NCBI RefSeq assembly: GCF_009914755.1
Contig: NC_060932.1
From: the human T2T-CHM13v2.0 reference genome, Homo sapiens
Strand: one strand, 5' to 3'
DNA length: 64,000 nt
Part shown: positions 29,652 to 43,479 of the stretch, one piece after another
Position numbering within the stretch: position 1 is the stretch's first letter
How the letters are laid out: the number at the start of each line of letters is the position of its first letter
Notes under the pieces: generated by a model
What the model was told of the DNA's origin: nothing
Databases searched by the model: none
What the model saw: only the letters and a program-made list of their open reading frames with translations
Made by a program: the position numbers and the translations under genes

Positions 29652-30155
29652 GGTCAGGAGTTGGAAAACTTCTTCTGCTTTCTAGATACAAATATTATAG
29701 GCTTTGGATGTCAAGAGGGAAAATCAAATTATAACAATGTGACTATGATTTTAGTGTGCTGAGATGCAGAGCAAGGCAATGAAAGTGCCTCATGTGCACC
29801 TCTGCGGCAATTACACAACTCTGCTGTATTGTATTGTACTGTAAAAGCAGCCATAGACAATACGTAAACAAATGAGTGTGATTGTTTTCTAATAAAACTT
29901 TATTTATAAACAATTAAATTTGAATTTTACATAATTTCCACATCACATATAAACAAATGAGCGTGATTGTTTTCTAATAAAACTTTATTTATAAACAATT
30001 AAATTTGAATTTTACATAATTTCCCCATGTCCACATTATCCTTTTGATTTTTTTCAACCGTTTAAATATGTACAAACCATTCCAAGCTCACGGATCATAG
30101 GATACACAAGGTGAGCCAGATCTGGCTTGCTGGTCGTAGTTTGCTATTCAATGGT
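29652..30155. mobile_element. MER58B-like hAT-Charlie element with internal tandem duplication
   Basis: aaaagcagccatagacaatacgtaaacaaatgag; gccagatctggcttgctggtcgtagtttgc. Confidence 0.8.
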
Positions 30156-30382
30156 TTGGGGATATTTTTTAATCTATTCATACTCTTGGATTATCAGGTT
30201 TCCTCTCTGGCATAAATGAGTCAGAAGTTCACAAAATTTTATTTAAATCTAGGTCGTTCTTATTGAATTAATTGTGTAGTATTATCTTCTCATGCAAACA
30301 ATGTTTTATATTAGCAGTCAATTTTTAGCTATATTTAACAAAACTATTTAAAGTCTGGGGTATACCATCAGTTATATATATG

Positions 30383-30386
<4 letters not shown>

Positions 30387-30424
<38 letters not shown>
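30387..30424. repeat. (CA)n microsatellite, about 19 units
   Basis: Direct. Confidence 0.97.
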
Positions 30425-30429
<5 letters not shown>

Positions 30430-30524
30430 GCTTTTGTGTTGATATTGCATTATCTCATAATAAGCTGGTATCTTCGGGTCTTTTTCCTCAAAAGGAAACA
30501 CGAAGTAGTTTAGATTCCTTTATA

Positions 30525-30734
30525 CACATGCTCCTCAACTTACCGTGGGTGAAAAATATCTTAAATCGAAAATGCATTTAATACCCCAATAAACCCATAG
30601 TAAAATTGAAATATTGTAAATCAAACCATCTTAAGTCCAGATGCTTTTCAACTTATGATAGGGTTACATACCGATAAACCCATCATGAAGTTGAAAAACC
30701 ATAAGTCAAACCATTGTAAATCAGGGACGGACTG
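30525..30734 (+). mobile_element. MER47-family (Tigger) element
   Basis: ca(c/g)atgctcctcaactta..., gataaacccatcat...aaccattgtaaatcagggacggactg; TA flanks. Confidence 0.75.
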
Positions 30735-31327
30735 TATACGTAAGAGTGGTTTTCTGTTGCCATCACACAAGAATTACAAACTGCCTGGGAATTTTTTTAA
30801 CTATAAACATGTTGCTCTGTTGTTTTCTGGCATTTCATACTACAGAAAAGAAGTCTGAGGCCAGCCTAATAACATGCTTTTTTCTTTTCTTTCTTGATAT
30901 GGAAAACATTTATTTTCTTTATCATCATAATTTGACAATTTTGTGATTTTTGTGTCTCTTTAAGTTGTCATGCCTTACATAAAAAAGGCCCTTTCTTCCT
31001 TCATAGGTCTTTTTCAGCTCAGGAAAGTTTTTTCTCCTATTTATTTTTAAAATTATTTTTCTTTCAAATACTCTGTTCTTTTCTTCAGGAACAACTATTT
31101 GTCTATCTATCTATCTATCTATGTATCTATCTTCTTGTCTCTTTTTCAGAGACTCCAAATATCCACACAGTGGACTCTATTCTTTATTCTCCATATATCA
31201 TCTTTTTATGATTTCCAATTTTTTAACTAAAATAACCTCTCAAATCTATTCTCTACACCGACTAAACTTTGTACAACGACATCAATTCTATTTGTTACTG
31301 CCTCAAATATAGATTTTTAATGCTTTT

Positions 31328-31813
31328 GTGATAGGCAAAATAATGTTCCCCCAATCCAAAAATGTTCAAGTCCTAATTCCCATAACCTACAAATAAGTTA
31401 CCTTAGATTGCAGAAGGGACTTTGCAGACATGATTCAATGAAGAACCTCAAAATGGACAGATTGTCCTGAATTATCTGGATGTGTCTTCAAAAGTAGATA
31501 ACCCTTCCAGATGTGGTCAGGAGACATGACAACAAAATAAGTCAGATTGCTGCAATGTTGCTGGCTTTGACGTTGGAAGAAGGAGGCCATAAGCCAAGGA
31601 ATGTGAGCAGCCTCCAGAAACTACAAAAGACAAGGAAACCAACCATCTCTCCTAGAGCCTCCAGAAAGGAATGCAGCCCTGTCCCGACCTTGATTTCAGC
31701 CCAAAGTGTCCTATATCAGACTTCTGAACCACAGAACTGTCAGATACTAAATTTGTGTTATTTTAAGTCACTAAATGTGGGGTAATGTGTTATAAGAGGA
31801 ACAAAACTGATAC
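31328..31813 (+). mobile_element. MLT1D-like LTR
   Basis: tgtgataggcaaaataatg...aagggactttgcaga...agagcctccagaaaggaatgcagccctg...aactgatac. Confidence 0.85.
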
Positions 31814-33585
31814 GGCTCTCATATTTTCAGTTTCTCATCATTTTGTTTTCTCTTACTATCTTCTCTCTGACACTTCATCACTGTCTGTTATTTTTACATG
31901 AAGTTCTCCTATCCATAGAAGCCATGTATTCTTGAATGTGTTGGACGGCAAATAACTCCCCGAAATGTTCTTCCTTCCTTAGCTTAAAATTATTTTTAGA
32001 GATTCATAGGTATGCCTCTGAGTTTTCTACTGATAACCTCTGCCTTGATTTTGTAGGATGTCTTGTTTCACTTGATTTATTTTCAAATGTTAATTTATCC
32101 AGAATATTTTAGCACTGAAAAAACTGTATAGATAATTTCTACATAAGCCAGTGTTTTCCATTTATCGATAAAGGGGACGGTGTTGAGGGGAGGCAGAAAA
32201 TGAACTCCCTAGGAATGCAGACAAAGCAGAATCGGAAACTGGGAGGTTCTTTTTAAAACTGTACCTTCCCATCCTGAAAAAAAAAATCTGATATACCTCC
32301 TCTGCCCAGAGAGATTCAGTACTATATACTGAGTCACTGTGAATGACGGCAACGTATTATAATGCTCAAGCATGTTGTTCAAAAAAAAGAAAAATCTTCA
32401 ACCTTTTCCACATAGATAATTAACTTGACTGGAAAGTTATTAATACCCAACAAAGGATATTTCTACCTACAGAGCTAAGTCTAAAACTTTCAATACAGTG
32501 CACCTTCCACCTGCTATAGGTAATAAACTATAATCCACAATTAGGACTTTGCCACAGGTATCCATATAGTTCATTATTCCATACCCTGCAATATTTGAAT
32601 ATTTTAACATTCAAAGTATGTAAAACAAATGTTATTTGGATTAACCTATCTTTCTTTTGTCATTGTCAAACTTTTAAATTGTTCAATACAATTGGTCTGT
32701 TATTTTTGCAACTACGTCACTAAATAATACTACTACAGAAGAACTAAGCTAGTTTATGCTGTTGTCATTCTCCACTTCAGTGGCTTAAAAGTCATGTGAC
32801 TGACAAGAGTCTTTCATTAATGGAACTGTCTTTGCCTTTTGAGTCAAAAAAACTGTTAAACCACTGAATATGGAGTATTTACCTTTTTATTGTTTAACAT
32901 TTCAAAATTACGAATTAAGTAGGAATCATTTATTTTTCATGGAAACATACACCTATCTCACTCTATTGTTGCAAAGATGCTGAACATTTCTACCATATAA
33001 AAAAGGTATAAATATATATAATGGTATGAAAAATTAGCTCTAGGCCTACATGATCCTTATCTGTTTAATAGGAAATTTGAGAATATCAAATATGATCAAA
33101 TATGTATCACTATTTTCCATTAGTATTATTTTAGTCACTCTGGATGAATACCAAAAAACCACAAAATTCTAAGTAATATTGTTTAAGACATTAACACTTT
33201 GAGTCAAATCTACTGATATCAAAAACACAGATACATATGCACAAAGATTAAGGAGAAAGCTGGCTGAGTTTCGCGTTTCTACATAGAAGAATGTCCACTG
33301 GAGCAGGGACTCTCAAAAGATGCTTTGGCATTGGAGTGAGACAAAGAAATTCTTTATTGAGCTGATAGATCTCTACATTACACAATATTTATCATCTCTG
33401 AACTTCAGGATCCCAAAAGCCAGTAGTACTTCCTTTAAAGAAATTAGAATAATTTTAAAACACCCTGGCATATTTCAAATACCCCAGAGGTGTCACCCAG
33501 AATGGAAAACCATTCTGGAAATGGAAAACCAGAGCACTAGATTAACAGTCCTGGCCTCAGATCCCACTTCTTCTTCACAGCTTAC

Positions 33586-33776
33586 CAAAAAGAGACGTAT
33601 CTGACCGGTTCACATTACTCCACCGGTAGAGCTAACCCATTATAAACCACTAAGCACTGGAGATTTTCCATCTTTTATTAGACCTCTGCCCTACACCATG
33701 AAAAGCAGTAATTGTAAGTAAGCGTATCTGTTCCGCAATCTGAAATTTTTCTCTCAGCTGAACTAAAGTCTAGGTT
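33586..33776 (-). other. TRIQK: Candidate 191-nt non-coding cassette exon
   Basis: Strong acceptor ccccttttactcctactctctttcccag|AACC and donor TTTG|gtaagc; unique, CpG-retaining sequence. Confidence 0.45.
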
Positions 33777-34499
33777 CTGGGAAAGAGAGTAGGAGTAAAA
33801 GGGGATAGGAAGTACTAGTACTCATTTTTGGTCTCATTTTTGCATAAAGCACTATCCCCACTCGACTTGTTATTGCAAGTTGAAGTTGATATGGCAGGCG
33901 CCACATGTCTGTTTACAAACGCAAGAGAGGAAGGAAAGAGCTATTATTGAGCCCCTAAAAATCTCTAAATCCATTGTAATGCTCTCTCTAAGCCATTTGT
34001 CTTTATCCCTGTTTCTCTACCAGAAATGAACAGAGTTGAATAAAGAAAGAGTCAAGTACCAAACAGTTCAAATAAAATTACAAGTACTAACGAAATAACA
34101 GGTGCATATATACATTTATGCGTTTTACAAAAGCAATAGCTCTTTACCTCTTCAAGTTTTTCCTTATCCAATAACAACTTTTTATATCTACTACTGATAT
34201 CCACTTTTATTGATAAAGCTAGATAGGGAATCAGACCAAAGAAAATAATGAACTCTATTTACAGATTTCTATATGAATATAGAAATCAGGAAAAGAGCCA
34301 CAGTGAAAACAACCACAATTCTTTTTAGCCACAAATTAAAATGTTATAAAAGATTATTCACTTAAGTTTAAAAAAAAAAAAACAGTTCTAAGTATCAAGT
34401 AATGATATTCCAGTGGCATGTACTAAAAATAATCAGCTTTTCTTTGTCCAAAACGGACCTCGATAGATGAGAAAGTTTATGGATTTAATGTTCATCTCA

Positions 34500-34817
<318 letters not shown>

Positions 34818-35352
34818 TCACATTTTTCTCAAAATATTTGACAATGTTCTTTTTACTTGTTTAAATACCAGAATATGCTTTAAGAGGTTATGATCAAAGG
34901 GCATTTGGGATAAAACATAGATTACATGGTTTTGTAAGATAGCAACAAATAACTGAACATTAGTAGTTCCCGTTTGTTAGTGCTCAAAAAAACAAAAAAG
35001 TACAATGGGAAAGGGGGCCCCAAAAGGGAACTGCAGATGACTGAAGGCCTTGAACAAAGGTATGTTATGGTAAGAGGCACTGTGGAAGAAAGGCAAAAGC
35101 CCCACTCTGCTCCCAGCTATGTAGCCTTGGGTAAAAGTTACTTAGTCTCTCTGTAGGATGAGGCAAGTGGGAGAGAATAATTTCCTTATCCCTAAAGAAG
35201 TTGAACAAAAACAGGGTCCATTTAGGCTTAAAATTGTGCATTTTTCTGAGGAGCAAGTCAATAGCTTTCCTTGGTTTCTCAAAGTGGTAAATGACACCAA
35301 AAAGGTTAGTCATCCTCGCATTAAAAGGTAATGTTTCCCAATCTTTTCAGGT

Positions 35353-35385
35353 ATATATATATATCTATATATATATATATATATC
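35353..35385. repeat. (TA)n microsatellite
   Basis: Direct. Confidence 0.9.
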
Positions 35386-36600
35386 TAGTGATATTAAAGA
35401 GGAAAAGGTGTCATTCAAGACATTACAGGTTCTACCTAACCAGAACCAACACAGAATCAATAATGAATAGATGAGTTAATTTCTTCCCCATTTCTAAATA
35501 ACCCTAAGATTAAAAAAAAAAAAAATCACAAGGGAAATTTGAAAATACTTAAAGCTGAATGGCAATACTTATACGTGTTTATAAATTTGGATCATATACA
35601 CAAAAAGATTAAAAGTGTAATCAATAATGCTTTACATTTGTGTGGATCATTACTTTAATGATACTTTCACAACCAATTATTCCTCCTTTTTTAGGAAGGA
35701 AGGGCATATCCTAGAGTCTCCAATTTACAGATAACGAAACAATTATTGCCCAAGGACAAACATTTCTTAACCATGCCAGTTTCCTGACTTGTAGGCCAAT
35801 GCTCCTCCCAATGTTAACAAGCAGCACAAGCTTCCTTCCTGGGGGTTTGCACTGTAAACCTGCCAGAGGAAAATAAAAGATTTTTACCTCTTTTGTTTTT
35901 TCTCTCTGGAATGTTTGTTGTGCTGAATCATTAGGAGACAGAGTATATGAGCAAACAAAGGCAGATTTAAAATGGTTATCTGAGGTTACCATCTCACACC
36001 ATACTTGTTGATCATTAAGTATGAGCCGAGTGAAGCAAAAACAGCTCTACAGGTTTAGCACACCTCTCCACAGTAGAGAATGAAAGGGAGATTATACATT
36101 GGGGCTCCTCTAGCAATAAATTGCTTCAACTTCTTCAGGAGGCTTATTAAGCTCAAACAAGCAGCAGAGAACTCCAAGTAGAAGAAACCTAATCTCCAAT
36201 CCCCTTTTCCTAGTCATCCACGCGGACACCAACATCTGATGGATTCAGGAATACACCAAGCTCCAAGAAAAATACCCCCGCCCCACAACCTCACCACCAC
36301 CGATAAAGCCACCTAATCCTGTCTGAATCTCTTCTCTGCAAATGTTTTGGTATGCAAATACTCGTTCATTAATAAGAGGAAGCAGGAAAAAGAGTGAAGA
36401 GGAGTACCATGGGAAAGGGGGCCCCAAAAGGGAACGGCAGAACCCAGAGAGCTGCACTGACAAGTAAGCGGCCGCGAGTAATCGGTCAGCACAAAGGAGC
36501 CAATCCCGAGCCGCGTGGAAGACCTTGGGAGGTGGGCGGGACTAACGTGTCCAGGGCCCAGCGGCTGGCGCCAGACACGCTGGCAGGGCGGGAACCGCGC

Positions 36601-36613
36601 GTTCCTTAGCAAC
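36601..36613. promoter_or_regulatory. RFX X-box-like site
   Basis: GTTCCTTAGCAAC (reverse complement GTTGCTAAGGAAC), flanked by GC boxes. Confidence 0.65.
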
Positions 36614-36909
36614 CGCAATGGCCACGCCCACCGAACCCAGCACCCTCCATCCCCCATCCCGCAGCCAGCGCCCTACTCAACGGGAACGGGTCCTTCAGTG
36701 ATCACCGTACCTACTGGGTTTCCCGGACTCCGGGTTTCTCTTGCAGAGCCTCCCTCCGCCCAGCCCCACCAAGTGCCGCTCCCAGGGACGGAACGATCGT
36801 CTCCCAAACGCTTTAGGGCTCGCTAAAGAGGTGCGCCCGCTTTCATTCCCGGACCCCGAGCTTCCCGGGCAGGGTCTCCCCAATCCCCTCGCACTCGCCG
36901 GACACACAC

Positions 36910-37045
36910 CTCAGCTCTGCCAAGGCAAGGGCCGACAAACTTCGTGTCCTGTGGGAAATGTTGCTGTCCACGGTTCTGTCACTCAGGGGCAGGGGCGGGA
37001 CAAGCCAGCCGCACACCCCTACTCCCAAAGGGTGAGGCGGAAAAG
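36910..37045 (-). other. TRIQK: Probable non-coding first exon (TSS position approximate)
   Basis: Downstream, on the minus strand, of CCAAT and GC boxes; donor GCTGAG|gtgtgt at 36910/36909. A second donor CAGTAG|gtacgg at 36711/36710 suggests an alternative first exon. Confidence 0.65.
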
Positions 37046-38421
37046 AGGCGAGGCTCTGCCCCCAGGGGCGGGACCAGGCCTCAGCCTGCTCTCGGATTGG
37101 TCGGCCTTTCTCCCGTCTGTACGCCGGTCCAGGACGCAAAGGCGCTGGCCCTGAGGCCTTTCCCTCATTTTGATGCCACTCCGGAGTTCTAATACCTGTC
37201 TCACGAGGTGACTGTAGAAATTAAAAATAAAGACTGTGACTTGTTTAGTTAATATAAAACGGAAAAATATGTTATTTTGATTATTGAACCCTCCCATCTC
37301 ACACACACACACTCCCCAATTCACAGGATCATCCCTAAGGAGCGTCCCTAAGTGGAAGGGCGCACTGTCTGTGTAAACAATCAATTAATTGCCCATTCAA
37401 ACAGCAAAAAAGAAAAAAAAATCGTTTTATATTAACATTAACCAGAGATTAATAAATTTAGGAAAGATTGCAAAAACGTGACTGACAATTAGGATTTAGG
37501 AGCCTATGTTCGGGTACTCAATTTTCACATCTACAAAATGGGAATGAAATATTAAGATGTTACTTATTGGAAAAGTATTCAAATATTAAATGCTTTATAA
37601 ATTATACTCATGTAATCCTTACAAAACCCACTAAGAGTATTATCCACAGCCTATGGACAATGAAACACAGGCTAGGAAAGGCTAGATTTATTCAACCATT
37701 CAACAAATCTAAGTGCCTGCAGCCATCATTTTTTAATATTGTGGTGAACTAAATCTAAAATTCCTTCAAAAAATTATGCAACCTCCAATTTAATTTTTCT
37801 CTTGCTCACATAAAAGTCACCTTCCTCTAGGCCAGCCCCATCATATCTTTTTCCAAAAGCCCTTGAGAAAGAAAGTAGCATACAAAAAAAAAAAAAAAAA
37901 AAAAAACTGAGACAAGTATAAATAGACTAACCAGAAGGCTTTCTGAAATCTCACAGAATATTATGGCCAGGAATTGAATCCAAAATGTAATTTTATTTTC
38001 CGTCCTCCTAAATCATTTTCTGGTCTCCAGTTCCTCTCCCAGAAATAAAGGTAGAGTTAAATGAGATTATATTAATACACTTAACCAGATTACTTATGTG
38101 TGTGGCTTTAAAATAGTGAAACTCTTTTTCCTTCCATATTAAACCAAAACCCAGAAGGGTTTATCTTGTCTGATAGATACGGTTGTAGTAAGAAAAAAGA
38201 AAAAAAAAAAGAGTACCTCTGGACAAGTGCCTTGAGATTCAATTAAAATGTTCATCGTACTGTGATGCAATTGTTGGAATAAAAGAAACCCATTCCAATT
38301 ACAAATAATTTTACACTCTTGACCTGCTGAATATCCAAATTCTTCTGAAAGCTTGCTAAATGTGAATAACTCTCTATAAAACTTTCTTGATTTGTATGAC
38401 TCAGAGTCCCCATTTTCTTTA

Positions 38422-38772
<351 letters not shown>

Positions 38773-39048
38773 TTATGATTATATATTAATAAATATATAA
38801 ATAAATGCTGTAAGATTTAAATAAAAGTGGTGAATGTACTTGAGTCCATTTTCATTACATAAAGATGTACAGCAATGCATTTGTACAGCAAATGCATTGA
38901 ATATTCTCACATATGTAAGATATTATACAACAAGAAGTAAATAGCTTAATGTAAAATTAAAACTTCCAGATGTATGTTATATGCTTATTTCTTTACCATA
39001 TAAAGACATATATTATTGACTTACATTTCTAGCAAATTGAAATATAAT

Positions 39049-40198
39049 TGGCTGCATAGTATTCTATGGTGTATATGTGCCACATTTTCTTTATCCAGTC
39101 TATTATTGATGGGCATTTGGGTTGGTTCCAAGTCTTTGCTATTGTGAATAGTGCTGCAATAAACATACGTTGGCATGTGTCTTTATAGTAGCATGATTTA
39201 TAATCCTTTGGGCATATACCCAGTAATGGAATTCCTGGGTCAAATGGCGTTTCTGGTTCTAGATCCTTGAGGAATCACCACACTGTCTTCTACAATGGTT
39301 GAACTAATTGACACTCCCACCAACAGTGTAAAAGCATTCCTATTTCTCCACATCCTCTCCAGCATCTGTTGTTTCCTGCCTTTTTAATGATCACCATTCT
39401 AACTAGCATGAGATGGTATCTCATTGTGGTTTTGATTTGCATTTCTGTAATGACCAGTGATAATGAGCTTTTTTTATATGCTTATTGGACGCATAAATGT
39501 ATTCTTTTGAAAAGTGTCTGTTCATATCCTTCACCCACTTTTTGATGCGGTTGTTTGTTTTTTTCTTGTAAATTTGTTTAAGTTCCTTGTAGATTCTGGA
39601 TATTAGCCCTTTGTCAGATGGATAGATTGCAAAAGGTTTCTCCCATTCTGTAGGTTGCCTGTTTACTCTAATGATAATTTCTTCAGCTATACAGAAGCTC
39701 TTCAGTTTAATTAGATCCCATTTGTCAATTTTGGCTTTTGTTGCAACTGCTTTTGGAATTTTAGTTATAAGTCTCTGCCCATGCTTATGTCCCGAATGAT
39801 ATTGCCTAGGTTTTCTTCTAGGGATTTTATGGTTTTAGGTCTTACGTTTAAGTCTTTCATTCATCTTGAGTTAATATTTATATAAGGTATAAGGAAGGGG
39901 TCCAGTTTCAGTTTCCTGCATATAGCTAGCCAGTTTTCCCAACACCATTTATTAAATAGGGAATCCTTTCCCCATTGCTTGTTTTTGTCAGGTTTGTCAA
40001 AGATCAGATGGTTGTAGGTGTGTGGTGTTATTTGTGAGGCCTCAGTTCTGTTCCACTGGTCTATATATCTGTTTTGGTACCAGTACCATGCTGTTTTGGT
40101 TACTGTAGTATAGATTGAAGTCAGGTAACATGATGCCCCTCTTTGTTCTTTTTGCTTAGGATTTTCTTGGCTATATGGGCTCTTTTTTGGTTACATAT
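39049..40198 (-). mobile_element. L1PA ORF2 3' fragment lacking both ends
   Basis: High-identity antisense L1PA from tggctgcatagtattc to gctcttttttggttacatat. Confidence 0.93.
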
Positions 40199-40459
40199 TT
40201 AGAATTATGTTTCTGTGTTTCCAAGTATTTGAGAGTTGTCTAATATCTTACAGTTATTGACTTTTAATTCCATTGTAGTTAGAAAATATATATTGTAATA
40301 TTTCAAATTTTATTGAAAATTATTGACACATATATTATAACCCAACATATGGTTTATCTTTATGACTGTTCTCAGTGTATTTGGAAAAAAAATGTGTATT
40401 CTGAAATTGTGGAATGCAGTATGCTCTAAATGTTGATTATAGTCTATATCTTATGACAG

Positions 40460-40582
40460 TTTTTTTTTTTTGCTTTTAAAAACATTTTATTTATTTATTT
40501 TATTTTTTCATTTTACTTTAAGTTCTAGGATACATGTGCAGAATGTGCAGATTTGTTACTTAGGTATACATATGCCATAGTG
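40460..40582 (-). mobile_element. Short 5'-truncated L1PA 3' end
   Basis: T-rich tail plus actttaagttctaggatacatgtgcagaatgtgcag. Confidence 0.85.
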
Positions 40583-40677
40583 ATCCTTACCAACATTTTT
40601 AAGCATATTCTATCACTTATTGAAAGAAAGGTGTTAAATCTCCAACTATGCTTGTGCATTTGTTTATATTTTCTTTT

Positions 40678-42804
<2,127 letters not shown>

Positions 42805-43479
42805 TTTTCTTTAGTTGTGTTAATTCTTTCATTATATATTTTGAAGGTCTGTTACTAGGCTCATACACATCTAGAATTATTATGATTTCCTGATGAATCA
42901 ACACTTTTATCATTATGCAATGTTGACCTTTTTATCTCTGGTTATACTTGGTGGTGAAGAATATTTGCCTGATATTAATAATCTTAGATTAGATGTATTA
43001 TGCCTGTTGTTTCTACTAGATCCATTTCCTTGCCTTTACATTTAAGCTATCTATGCCTTTATAGCTCTATCTCTTGTATACAATATATTGTTGAATTTGC
43101 ATTTTTTCCAGTCTGACAATCTTTGATTTGTTATAAAAATATTTATTCAATTTCCATGTAACATAGTTATTAATATGAAGGGTATAAGTCTATCATTTTT
43201 CTTTGTATTTTTTATTTTTCATTTTTACCTTTCTCCTCCATTTATACTTTCCTTTTTTTATTTGCTTTAGTCAAAAATGTTTAGACTTCCAGTTTGTGCT
43301 TCTAATGGTTCTTTAGCTATATTCTTTTTGTTATTTTATTTGTGGTTATTCTAGAGGTAACAATCTATATTGTTATGCTGAGAATCATCAATGTTGCATT
43401 CATTTAATATTATGTTCTAAGAGTAGTGCCCTGTGCTCCTCCTTCACACCACCCCCCAGTTTTCTGCCTAGCTCCAACT

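Larger units (their letters stand above)
36450..37175. promoter_or_regulatory. TRIQK: CpG-island promoter
   Basis: Only CpG-rich non-repeat segment in the window. NotI site 36468-36475; GC boxes at about 36535, 36586, 36992-37000 and 37065-37073; CCAAT 36500-36504; ATTGG 37096-37100. Confidence 0.92.

Noticed and set aside
36245-37384. Several ORFs over the CpG island
   Set aside because: High GC suppresses stops; overlapping frames on both strands and no recognisable protein
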